Origin: Octopus vulgaris
Taxonomy: Eukaryota
DNA length: 64,000 bases
Direction of reading: 5' to 3'
Assembly: GCA_951406725.2 (NCBI GenBank)
Contig: OX597821.1
Location: 96,782,001-96,846,000 of the forward strand
Notes under the pieces: model-generated
Told to the model about the DNA's origin: nothing
Seen by the model: only the letters and a program-made list of their open reading frames with translations
The model's database searches: none
Position numbers and translations under genes: made by a program
Shown: positions 52,071-64,000 of the stretch, one piece after another
How the letters are laid out: each line of letters opens with the position of its first letter
Position numbering within the stretch: position 1 is the stretch's first letter

Positions 52071-52117
52071 TGTAGTGCACCTGAGCACTGTACACAATTA
52101 TTATTATTATTATTATT
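52071..52117 (+). other. LINE 3' recognition stem-loop and (TTA)n tail
   Basis: TGTAGTGC-ACCTGA-GCACTGTA (8-bp stem, 2 G-U pairs) followed by (TTA)n. Confidence 0.7.
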
Positions 52118-52293
52118 AATTACACACAGGTCTCTGATATTGTTAGAGGCTGTGAGCGGTTCCCCTGAAGGAATAGAGTATGGTTGTTTTAGTGAGGTAT
52201 TTCTTCCAAAATGCATCAGCTCAAATTTTCCCTCATTCAGTTGCATTTTATTTCTGTCTGCCCATTGACTCACAGCATATAGATCAGACTGGA
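52118..52293 (-). mobile_element. Older LINE, 5' part of the split fragment
   Basis: IQSDLYAVSQWADRNKMQLNEGKFELMHFG...NIRDLCV joins in frame to IVDDDLSW at 47322. Confidence 0.88.
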
Positions 52294-52378
52294 TGAATAT
52301 ATAGATAGATTTTATGTATATATTTATAAATATACACACACATACATGCGCACTCACACACACACACTCATATATACA

Positions 52379-52602
52379 CAGTAATCCCTCGACAAACACG
52401 GGTGCTAAGTTCCAAAAACCGCCTGCAATAGGTGAAAATCTGCGAAGTAGAAACAGCACTGTACTGTATACGTTTTATTATTATTTTCATAATTTGTATA
52501 TATTTATTTTATTATAAATGTCAAGCAACAACACGGAGGAATCGACGTAAACTTAACTAATGGACCGCGATAGGTGAACCGCGATATGGCGAGGGGTGAA
52601 TG
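52379..52602. mobile_element. Tigger/pogo-like MITE
   Basis: Ends CAGTAATCCCTCG and CGAGGGGTGAATG (imperfect TIR), with repeated subterminal CCGCGATA/ATAGGTGAA motifs. Confidence 0.55.
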
Positions 52603-52652
52603 ATAATATTATAGATATAATAATATTGTTATTATTGATAAACATAATAATG

Positions 52653-52653
<1 letters not shown>

Positions 52654-52747
<94 letters not shown>
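52654..52747. repeat. (TAA)n microsatellite
   Basis: Directly visible. Confidence 0.95.
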
Positions 52748-53034
52748 TGATTATTATTTATATGGTCATGAGCATAGACGTGTTTATATGTTCCAGTATA
52801 TGTAAATATATGTATATATGACGATTGGTATATTTACTTGGACCTATTGTGTAATTGTGTTTCTTTATGTATTTTTACTCATATAAAAGTATATACACTC
52901 TACTTATGCATGTATATGTGTATATATGTATATGTATAAGTTCATATGTATATTTGTTCATATTTTTATATCTATTAAATAATACGTGTATCATGCTTCA
53001 TGTGTTAATATTAATATTTTTAAAGTTCCTAATA

Positions 53035-53169
53035 ACCTCTGACGAGGCCTATGGTTATATATATAAGTACCCTATTTTTAAATGTCTACAACCTCAATAT
53101 ATTGTCAACTATAGGCAATAAAATAAAGATAACTAATTTTGACCATAGGCTGAAACAACTGTAAGAAGT
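53035..53169 (+). ncRNA. Type I hammerhead-like motif with long stem II insertion (stem I degenerate)
   Basis: CUGACGA (53039-45); 11-bp stem II GGCCUAUGGUU/GACCAUAGGCU enclosing ~84 nt; GAAA (53152-55); CAACUG; UA. Confidence 0.55.
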
Positions 53170-53374
53170 GATTTTAATGATTTCAATAATTTTTTTGATT
53201 TTTATAATTTGTATTCTTATCTTATATGTATTGAATTATAAGATATACATGTATGATATTGAGGTTCTCATTTTGTTAAATGAATAAATAATCCAACATT
53301 CTAATATCTGAAAGTTGATGAACAAACTAAATTTGTTTCTCCATTTTCTTATTTATATCATATATATATATATA

Positions 53375-54046
53375 CGAGCAAAACGCCCCCCGTCCAATGG
53401 ATGGTGCTGAGTTGTCAAACTTTTAAACCAAATTTTCTCAAAATAAACTTGTCCGACCGTCCCATATGCCTCCCCTTTGAGAAACACTGATTTAACCTAA
53501 ATTTGAGACACCAGCAAAAGAAGAAATAAAGATAGACTTTTTTCTATTCCAAAGAAAAACGATTTTATTCACACAAATATGCAACCGAAGAGTTTAAAGT
53601 ACCAGTAATGATATGGCTGTTGACTGGGAGAACACAAACATAATTTAAATAGTAAGCTTGGCAGGAAAGAAACGTGCCTTTAAGCAGTACAAAACAACAA
53701 TAAATGGAAGGTGCAGTTATGTACAGGTTGAAGGAAGAAAAGCAGGACAAAAACGATGCATGCAAATGGGTTAGCTGGAGGTAAATCTAGATGGAAAAGC
53801 ATGATGAATTTATGAGAACGTACCTGGGACAATAATAAGTTTATTGCAACAGCTAATGTACTTGCGCGTACAAATGCACGTTCCCACAGCTTTATCGATC
53901 GCATTCTCACTTGGAATCGATTTTTGTAATTTTTTCAAGACTTATACACACCCTGATACCGTCGGTATCTACATATCAAATCTGAGCGCAATCGGATGGA
54001 GGATGCCCGAGATCCTAGAAGACACACACAGAGACAGAACGGATTT

Positions 54047-54053
<7 letters not shown>
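53375..54053 (-). mobile_element. Helitron-like family H2, long form
   Basis: Reverse complement of 17527-17897 with an extra ~320 bp internal segment (~53571-53890). Confidence 0.75.
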
Positions 54054-54097
<44 letters not shown>

Positions 54098-54111
54098 CAT
54101 ACATACATACA

Positions 54112-54142
<31 letters not shown>

Positions 54143-55230
54143 CTATAGGTAAAATTTACCCAGGACTACATTATTTAATCCGTTCTTTCTGAAAACAATC
54201 TGAAAGAAATTTGTGTGATATTACTACCAGGTCAAAGGACTACGCACATACTCCTTTGTTTTTCTAATGTTGTCAACGTATAAAATTCTCACCGATCACA
54301 GTCTTTCATAATATTACCACATCTCAGTGTCTTTTAATTTTTTCTACGTTTTCATTTCAATTATTATGTTAAACGATTTCTATCTGGACGCGACACATTG
54401 TTTCTGAAGAAATTTGAAATCACAACTGATGCGAATGAAACTATAATAATTTTCCAACTAATAATCGCTTTCTAAGAATAGTATTTTTGTGATTATTTAC
54501 TTAAATGGCAAAGGAATAAATATGGAATGGACTGATGTAACACTTCATCAACATACAATATATTCGTGAATCGTTTAAAGTCGTCTGCTTTGAATAATTC
54601 ATAACTTCTCTATAAATTATATATTTTTGTTCTTGTCTGGAAATCTCGCTGGTTAAATTTTTTTAGCGACACTTTCCTCTCCTGTGATTAATCTTGTTGT
54701 CTGGTCCGACTAAATTTTCATTGATTCATACTTAAGAAATAAATAGTGTTTCCCTCGGATATTTATGTAAAAGAAAATCGTTCTCTAAGTCTCAAGACGT
54801 TTTGCCTAACACGAATGTAACACACAAAGCGAGACGAAACGAAACCATGCAAAACAAAACTTGACAAACAGATCCCTTAAAATGTCTGCAAAATATCAAG
54901 AGAATAAGAATAGAGGCGATTGTGTTTTTCAAGTGTGCTAAATAAAGAGCATTGTCTAATTCAGCAAATGCTTAAACAAAATATTATAATAAAAATCGAT
55001 TATATTTTATCGTTTATATTTTACTTGTTTCACTTATTGAACTGCGGCCATACTGAAGTACCGACTTGACAAGTTTTGTTGAAGTCATCGAGGCCATTTC
55101 TTGTTTTCTTATTTTATTGGTCCCCTTTTGCTGAACCGCTATGTTAAGGGAACCAAGCCATCACTGGTTGTCAAGCTGTGATGCAGGACAAGCACAAACG
55201 CTAAGACACACATACATAGATATATACATA

Positions 55231-55292
<62 letters not shown>

Positions 55293-55532
55293 CCCATATA
55301 TATATATATATATATACTTTATAATTGGGGTTCAGCAACGGTTTGCTTCACCACATACCGAAGTTTAGAAATAGCAGTCAAAAAATCTTAGCTATTCCTT
55401 CTACTTTAAAAGGGGCTCTCAGAAAAACCAAAGTACTTGAAAACAATCCACGCAGGCAAAAGGTAAAAATAACGAAAATCAATCGATATTAGGTTACCCA
55501 CGTACGCGCGTTTCGGAATAAGATCGGTATAT

Positions 55533-55593
<61 letters not shown>

Positions 55594-56428
55594 CGGAGAG
55601 AGAAAGAGAAAGAGAGGGAGAGGATGGGGATATAATGGGTCATTTGTCAAATTTTTATCATTGTCTTTCCAATTCCAAAGCTGGAAGTGTGATGTAGCAG
55701 CCATTATGAATTACCTCATCTCTCCTGTTAATATAAATGTTGTATTCTTCCTAGTGAATCCTTTTCAAATACTTAATTCTGAATCAAAGGCCCCAGTAAC
55801 TAGACCAACCAATTTTTGATCGTGAAACAAAACTTCGCGATGTCGCAAGAAGTACTGCAGATTTGGATTTTTTGAACTCGAGATATGATATGCTCAGGGT
55901 ATTCTTTGACTACTTTATGACGGATAAAGAAAATATCCTTGGAAATTTTGAAATTCAAGGTAATTCAAAAGTGGGGCATACTGGGTGACTTGTCAGTTTA
56001 CAGAGTGGGGAAAACTGGGTCGCTTAAGATATTGCAAATAGGCTTCTGTAAATGGAACAAAAAGAAGAATTAAACAAATCTTCTACACAAATATGTGCCA
56101 TTATTGATATTTACACAGAATCAAGATTGAGGCAGAGAAGCTTGCATCAAAAGAGCAACAAAAGACTAAGTGTGAAAATGAAAGAGGGTCACTAACACCA
56201 AAATTTTTATAGTGATTCAAATATGTAACGAACATTCAAAATTGCTTTCCAGTCCATCGAAAGTGCATATTGGAATCATGATGTACTTTTTTGAGATTAT
56301 AAATCCATGTTAACTGTTACATGTTTGTTTTTATTTGACATCGTTTACAAAATTCTGGATAAATTTCCCCATCACACCCTACTCCACCCTATAATATGAT
56401 ATAATATTTTGTGTGTGCGTGCGCGTGT

Positions 56429-56551
<123 letters not shown>

Positions 56552-56616
56552 TATCAATTATTAGCAATGGAAGCAGTATTAATATACAGAAAGCTAATCT
56601 TAACGTCGAACTTAAT

Positions 56617-56913
56617 GAAGGCACGTGTGTTAGTGATTAGGGTATTCGGCTAACGATCGTATGGCCATGAGTTCAATTCCTAGCGACGCATTGTATCCTT
56701 GAGCAAAACACTTTATTTAATGTTGCTCCAGTCCACTCAGCAGACAAAAATGAGTAGTACCTGTAATTCAACGGGCGAGCCTTGTTACACTCTGTCTCAC
56801 GCTGAATCTCTTTGAGAACTACGTTTAGGGTACATTTGTCTGTGGAGTGCTCAGCCACTTGCACGTTAATTTCACGAGCAGGCGGTTTCGTTAATCGGAT
56901 CAACAGGAACCCT
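56617..56913 (+). mobile_element. SINE head D + tail 1 (also ~31821-32030 +, ~63085-63372 -)
   Basis: tRNA-like head differing from head C, joined to the same ...GTGGAGTGCTCAGCCACTTGCACGTTAATTTCACGAGCAGG tail. Confidence 0.8.
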
Positions 56914-56957
56914 TGACTGGAACTTAATATAGATGCCTAATTAGAACTCTGAATTCT

Positions 56958-57487
56958 GTTATTAGCCTTGAGAGACCCTGTCATATGGGCGCTTGGTGCA
57001 TAAAAGTACACACATAGATCGTAGCAGACAGTCTGTCATGGGCTTTCGAATTCCCATATCAGGTAATTTCGTCCTCTTGGACTTTCTCCGTGGGAAGCAC
57101 TGGGCGTTGCATGAGAGCCAAATCTTGCTGTCACGATATATAATCTGCGTCTTTTCAGACGCTGATAATGCAAATAGCCCGCAGGCTTATTAAAAATTAA
57201 TTATTAGAGATGGAATCAGTATTTATACAAAAATGTAAGCTTTATATCCAACTTAACATGAATGTCTTGTTAAAACACCGAATATTACGTTATTAGCCTT
57301 GAGTGACACTCTCATATAGATTTGGCTGGCATGCAGCGACCGGTGCTTCCCCCTGAGGAGGTCCAATAGAAGGAAATCACGTGGTAATGGAATTCCGGCC
57401 TCCATGCCAGACGAATTTTGTCTGCTACGATCTGTGTGATTTTATGCACTAGGCCCCGATATGAGAGGATCTCTCAAGGCTGATAAC
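56958..57487. repeat. Diverged foldback with duplicated terminus
   Basis: 56958-57126 is inverted at ~57318-57487. GTTATTAGCCTTGAG is directly repeated at 57289. Confidence 0.75.
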
Positions 57488-57528
57488 GTAGTATTCGATT
57501 TCCTAACAAGACGTCCTGGTTAAGTTGG

Positions 57529-57582
<54 letters not shown>

Positions 57583-57744
57583 TTGTGTGTGTGTGTGTGT
57601 ACTTCTTTAATCTGTAATTCTTTAATCCAGTTTCGCTCACAGTGTGATCGAACCTGAAGTATGTAGAATTGAGTAGCAAACCTCTTAACCATTTGGCTGT
57701 GATAAGACGAAGATCAAAAAGGAGGTGAAGTCAATGATCATGAT

Positions 57745-58164
57745 GATCGTGGTGGTCGTGGTGGTCGTGGTGGTGGTCGTCGTCGTCGTCGTCGTAGCGG
57801 TGGTGGCGGTGGCGGCGGTGGCGGTGGTAGTTGTGGTGGTGGCGGCGGCGGTGGTGGTGGTGGTATTGGTGGTGCTAATGCTGATGGTGCTGATGTTGGT
57901 GGTGCTGATGTTAGTGGTGCTGATGTTGGTGCTGGTGCTGGCTGCCCTAGTGACGGTGGTGATGGTGAAGAAGAAGAAGAAGAAGAAGAAGAAGAAGAAG
58001 AAGAAGAAGAAGAAGAAGAAGAAGAAGAAGAAGAAGAAGAAGAAGAAGAAGAAGAAGAAGAAGAAGAAGAAGAAGAAGAAGAAGAAGAAGAAGAAGAAGA
58101 AGAAGAAGAAGAAGAAGAAGAAGAAGAAGAAGAAGAAGAAGAAGAAGAAGAAGAAGAAGAAGAA
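57745..58164. repeat. GC-rich trinucleotide low-complexity tract followed by pure (GAA)66
   Basis: GGT/CGT/GGC/GAT triplets, then uninterrupted GAA at 57967-58164. Confidence 0.95.
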
Positions 58165-58710
58165 TTAATACCGGTTAAGAGATACTTGTCCGAGCAGTGG
58201 TTAATTTTATATTGCGAGACATTACATCGCGACAGCCTCCAATCCATCCTACCATCCATCTTTGATATTCCTTGTGGATTTGGCTCTTTTCACTATTTAT
58301 TAATTAGTTCCTTCAGTATTTTTTTCCATTATTTCAGTATTTTACTATTCTATTTGTTGTGGACCTCCAGGGAACTTTATCGTGAACGTATTACAAATGT
58401 GTTTCATTATCTGTCCATTTCGAAGACTCGATTAATCAACCTGATTTACACGGCTGTTGTTGTTGTTGTTGTTGGTAGTGGTGGATGTGTTATTATTTTT
58501 GTTGTTGTTGCTGCTGTTGTGCTGTTTAGCCCCAGGCCATCTCTGTGTGAGCAAACCTATGATCAGAGATGTTCCTTTCTCAGTCTCCTGTAATAATTCC
58601 ACTCACATCTATGATGCTTTATGGACTAAACGTCTTGTCAGTTTTAAATCCCAGTGGGAATAGATTTTACATCTCATCGTTTCTTGGTATTTAGCAAGCT
58701 GCGAAATATA

Positions 58711-59108
58711 TCTTTATATATAAAAGTCAAGTTGTGTGTCTGTCTCCTACGATTTAGATTCCTAACTACTCCCACATTTTGCGGTGCAGTTTAACCAAAA
58801 CCGGGTATCTTATAGTCGTGATTCATATCGAGCCCTTCTGGGTATTAGCGCGCGTCTTCGATGAGTCTACGAGTTTTTTAAAAATTTACCATCATTTTTT
58901 TCCATTTTAATGCATTTTTCGCTATTATATAAGGGAAGTAACTCTCTAAAAAATGTCTACGATGAGTCAACGATTTTTAAAAAAATTTACCATCATTTTC
59001 TTTTCCATTTTTAATGCATTTTTTGCTATTTTTTGGCTATAACTCTCTAAAAATGCTTATATAGTTATTTCCCTTACAAACCCGAGCAACGCCGGGCGAT
59101 ACTGCTAG
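58711..59108 (+). mobile_element. Non-autonomous Helitron (family H1)
   Basis: Near-identical to 952-1347; A|TC...CTAG|T. Confidence 0.88.
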
Positions 59109-60451
59109 TAACTACTAAAACTTGCAGTTGTTTTATTCTACCATTTCCTTCTGCAAACAGTTTTATAAATAGTTTTAATCTGTGTTGCACTTTGTCTCGA
59201 ACATAATAGAAAGGAAATTTACATTAGCTAACATCAGCGGTTTGTGACAAGATACAACTCACCAACGCCTTTACTTTTCAATGTACGACCCTTCTGAGTG
59301 CAGGTACGGAAAATATAAATCCAGGAGATTTTCAATGTCAGTAAGTTTGGTTGTCATGAAGAGTGAGAAGAGATGACATCTTGTCTAATGATTTTTCGAC
59401 TGAGTTGTGAAGTGTTCAAGTAATGAGCATTAGGAATGAGAAAAAAGTGAATACGTTTTATTTTTGTAGGTATGGTTGGTGAGAAATCAGTTAAACTGAA
59501 TGAGAACTAAAGGATCGTGGGTAGAAAACCGAGACTGAGACAAAGATGGTAGAAGGACAACCTGGAAATCGATGTTGTAGTTATGGTGCCAATGTGACAA
59601 GACATAAGAGTATGGTGTGGGCTGCTTAAGGAGAAAGGTGGCTGATGTGAGAGAGGTCATCAGCAATAGAGAAAAGTCCGCCTGTTGAGTTTTTGATGCA
59701 CTAACCAGCATATTTTAGATAAAGAAAATGTCCCGTAGAGTATAACCTATTAAACAGTACAAGTCTTTAAGTATTACTACAACGTGTGATGGAATACCCT
59801 AATGGCATTTCTAAACCTCTCTGGGGACAGAAAAAGAGTGAATAAACAAACCAGTTTCAATCTTAGCTGGGATTCTCATCAGAAGTAACGTAAGTTTCTT
59901 TCTTTGGCCAAAGAGAAATGAAACTTATGGCTATTTATTTAGTCACTACAAATAAAGATTTCCATAATTCAGTAATTCCTGTTTGCGTAAAAGATGCTTT
60001 GATATCATCAATGACAGTTGATTAGAAATAAGTAGTCATTAATGCACTGAACAGCACGCTTGAATAATGGAAATATGTTACCGATTTAGTAAAGTTCCCA
60101 TTTGAAGTGACTTAGTAATTTGTAATAAAGTTATATCTCTGTTTAGACAGACAAAGCCGAGTGCACGATCGCTGATGCGAATTCCAACTGCAATTGAAAC
60201 CGATCTGGCTAATTTCCCTTTTTCTATCCAAAGAGAAATGGATCATCTAAATAATTGCCATCACGATACAGAGTCAAGCATTTGAAAGCCTGACTTTAAA
60301 ACATTTTCATGAAAATACATCTTTATCAGATTCAAATAGGACACTAGAGTAAGACAATGAAATCACAGGCTTTAGTGCACCATGCATATATGAACGTTTG
60401 TTTGCGTTTTTTCTCTCTGCAAACCGAGTTACTTGTGTAATTATATACATA

Positions 60452-60863
60452 GGCGCAGGAGTGGCTGTGTGGTAAGTAGTTTGCTAACCAACCACATGGT
60501 TCCGGGTTCAGTCCCACTGCGTGGCATCTTGGGTAAGTGTCTTCTACTATAGCTCCGGGCCGACCAATGCCTTGTGAGTGGATTTGGTAGACGGAAACTG
60601 AAAGAAGCCTGTCGTATATATGTATATATATATATATGTGTGTGTGTGTATGTGTTTGTGTGTCTGTCTTTGTCCCCCTAGCATTGCTTGACAAACCGAT
60701 GCTGGTGTGTTTATGTCCCCGTCACTTAGCGGTTCGGCAAAAGAGACCGATAGAATAAGTACTGGGCTTACAAAGAATAGGTCCCGGGGTCGATTTGCTC
60801 GACTAAATGCGGTGCTCCAGCATGGCCACAGTCAAATGACTGAAACAAGTTAAAGAGTAAAAG
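60452..60863 (+). mobile_element. SINE family A
   Basis: Full copy. Confidence 0.9.
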
Positions 60864-62131
60864 TATATATTTACTTACATACAAGCACACATATATAAAC
60901 GTGCATGAATATGGACAGTAAAGCTATTTTCTGTTTGATTCTATCTAGAAATCAAAAGAAATGAATACTGTTCCCTTCAAACTTTGCTTTTGTGACCTGG
61001 ACATCAATGTTTTGAAATTGACCTATTTTCCATTATATTTCAGACTGCGCTGAGCTGCCGAAGCAGAAATATCATTAAAGCAAATATTCTGCTCAATACC
61101 AAAGATTTGCTCGTCAGTTGTTTAACCGTAACCACTTGAGCAAGTCCCTTAGTGGCTGACAATATGTGCATCTTTGATCATAAGCAGGAGTAGTGTTGAG
61201 AGGAAATTGGGAGATTTGAATAAATGTCTGTGAGTATAACAAAAACAAAGTTTGAAGGAAATATTAGCTATTTTTCATACTTTCTAGAATTATGCAAATT
61301 GGAAATAACAGTTGCTACACAAGGACAAAAATCGTGTTACACGGTGTTATCTGTCAGATCATCCGGATTTGGTGGAATATCTGGAGCTTTAAAATAAAGC
61401 ATACGGGAAGGAATGCTTTATTTTAAAGATTTTCTTTAGATATTCTTCGCAGAAACGCGAAGTTAATCAATATTCGAACTGTACTGTGATTATCCACTCC
61501 TTTTCATTTGAGCATTTTATAACATACAGATGAGACTTAAAGTAGCATTAATAAGTCACACAACTTCAAAATGACATATAACCAGTTGTTCGAGCTTTGG
61601 ATCATCTAAATAATTGCCATCACGATACAGAATCAAATATTTGAGAGCCTGGCGTAGTTTGGATATGTAAGTTAGTTTTGGCAGTGGTTTCCAAAACAAA
61701 GATCTGCTTATCTACGTAAAATTTTGCTGTAGTAAATGTCTTTATCTCACTTTTATTTATTTTTTTATATTTTATTTTATTTATTTTTTTTTTTTTTTTT
61801 GATGAGGTATTAAGTTATTATCTCCTGTTTGTGTAGAGCAAGATCGTAGCCTTCTAGATTAAATGTATCGATCACAGGCCCAGGAAAAGCTACTGCTCCA
61901 GAAATTGTTATTGATATTCTCTACATTGAAGAATATGTCCCCAAGCATAGTGGATTACTGATATGATGAGTTGTTCTCCTCAAACTTTTTGGTTAAATGG
62001 TTTAAACCATCTACATTTTGTTCGTACGAAACGCGTATACAACTAGAGTACTTGTTCAAGAATTCTTCACTTATTCTCATTTTGCTATTTTCGCTATTTA
62101 TTTCTTTTAACTGATCTTTTTACTGCGGCAC

Positions 62132-62165
<34 letters not shown>

Positions 62166-62335
62166 TGTATGTATGTATGTATGTATGTATGTATGTATGT
62201 ATGTATGTATGTATGTATGTATGTATGTATGTATGTATGTATGTATGTATGTATGTATGTATGTATGAATGTATGTATGTATGCATGTATGTATGTATGT
62301 ATGTATGTATGTATGTATGTATGTATGTATGCATG

Positions 62336-62845
62336 TAGATTTGTATGTTTTGTTTAATGCATGTCTTCTCAGGCATATACTTTCATATCTAGATATGCTC
62401 ATATATACTTAAATGATAAACTTCTGAAGCGTTTTACAGATTTTTACACTTCCAGCGATGGATTAAATCTCTAGTCTTCGGATCAGCTTTCTCCTTTCTG
62501 GTTTTGAGATGCCTAATTTCTCAAGATTGGTATTTAGGCAGTGTGTTACATATCCCAGTACCCCAATAATTACAGGTATAAACCTAAACTTTGGATATGG
62601 ATAGAGTAAATGCAGATTTCTCAATAGTTCAGCGTAGGTATTCTAATTTTCACTTATCTTCAGCTTTATGTTAACATCCACTGGGCAGCTGATTTCCCCA
62701 ATTGTACACAATTTCTATTCCCTATACGAAATCATTATAACAGATCTATTGTCTTTACATTTTACTGAGGTTTTCCCTGCAACATTCTACTAGTACTCCT
62801 TCTTATTATGAGTGGCTATGATTTCCACCATATTGTGGGTTCTTG
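62336..62845 (-). mobile_element. 5'-truncated R4/Dong-type RLE LINE 3' end inside (CATA)n
   Basis: Minus translation with stops gives KTSVKCKDNR...EISCPVDVNIKLKISE..TYAELL...FRFIPVIIGVLG...KICKTL..*, then a short 3'UTR. (ATGT)n lies on both flanks. Confidence 0.75.
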
Positions 62846-63421
62846 TACGTACGTACGTATGCACTTATGTATGTATGTATGTATGTATGTATGTATGTAT
62901 GTATGTATGTCCAATTTTGTACAAGACATTGTAGATCTTTAGCTGGGTTAAAAAGTCACATTCGATCACAGCACCAGTAACAGTTATGCTTCGTGCAATG
63001 GCCATACTCGATAACGAGGTGGCAGCCATCATGTATGTATGTATGTATGTATGTATGTATGTATGTATGTATGTATGTTACTTACTGGCACTCCGCCAAG
63101 TTAATCCGATCAACGGAACAGCCTGCTCGTGAAATTAACGTGCAAGTGGCTGAGCATTCCACCAGCACGCGTGCCCTTAACGTAGTTCTCAGGGAGGTTC
63201 AGCGTGACACAGAATGTGACAAGGCTAGCTCTTTGAAATACTGCTATTACTCATTTTTGCCAGCTGAGCGAACTGGAGCAAAGAATCTTGCTCAAGTATA
63301 CAACGCACTGCTGGCAATCGAGCTCACGACATTACAACCATAGGCCGAATACACCTAAGCATTGCGGGTGGATAGATGGATGCATGCAGGCGTGTGTAGG
63401 TGCACAGACAAACAGACAAAC

Positions 63422-63492
<71 letters not shown>

Positions 63493-63505
63493 AAGACAGA
63501 TAGAC

Positions 63506-63573
<68 letters not shown>

Positions 63574-63610
63574 GGATGGATGGGTGGATGGATTGATGAA
63601 TGGATGGATG

Positions 63611-63715
<105 letters not shown>

Positions 63716-64000
63716 AACACCTTTTCGATGAAAATACGTATTGTAAACAACTTTTCTGGAGATTGTAGCTAAGAACGTTTCGTATTCTATATTGTCCTAT
63801 CATTTTTTTAATGGAGCAGTAAAGTTTGTAGCTCTCAACGTTTTTCTTCTAGTTTTCTGGGTCTAAACCTTTCTGGTCTAGTTTTCTGGGCCTAAACGCC
63901 TCTGTACGCGCGCTTGTATTTATATTCATCTAACTTTTAAGAAAAACAAAATAGCCATAAATATGCATTTTGGGAAGGGAAGCAACTCTTAACTAAGCCA

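Larger units (their letters stand above)
47323..52117 (+). mobile_element. Full-length, apparently intact CR1-clade LINE (4795 bp)
   Basis: Boundaries are fixed by the interrupted older LINE and a 4-bp AATT duplication (47319-47322, 52118-52121). It has a 5'UTR, two uninterrupted ORFs, a short 3'UTR stem-loop and a (TTA)n tail. Confidence 0.95.

Noticed and set aside
57706-58593. Long Gly/Arg/Glu-rich or poly-K/poly-S open frames
   Set aside because: Triplet repeats are stop-free by composition, and there is no ATG or splice context.

Overview
Eukaryotic, AT-rich, repeat-dense DNA. From recall of the SINE families and the (TA)/(CA)/(GATA)/(CATA) microsatellite load it is most likely a coleoid cephalopod such as Octopus; this is an inference, not a search result. 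I found no intact host gene, rRNA or CRISPR array, and nearly all ORFs in the track are microsatellite artefacts. The dominant feature is an apparently intact, full-length 4.8-kb CR1-type LINE (47323-52117, +). It has a ~690-bp 5'UTR, ORF1 (PHD-like finger, polyQ, coiled coil, RRM-like domain), ORF2 (APE endonuclease + RT), a 3' stem-loop and a (TTA)n tail, and it sits inside an older antisense LINE. ORF2 has no AUG ahead of its first catalytic motifs. It overlaps ORF1 in the -1 frame across a canonical G GGA AAC slippery heptamer just before the ORF1 stop, which makes it a candidate programmed -1 frameshift giving an ORF1-ORF2 fusion. The rest is a TE graveyard: modular tRNA-derived SINEs, non-autonomous Helitrons, mariner/pogo/Merlin-like DNA elements, Penelope-like remnants with hammerhead ribozyme motifs, Tx1- and R4/Dong-like fragments sitting in microsatellites, several long foldbacks (some with tRNA-like arms), and local duplications carrying what look like decayed Ig-domain exons. 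Coordinates of degenerate elements are approximate.
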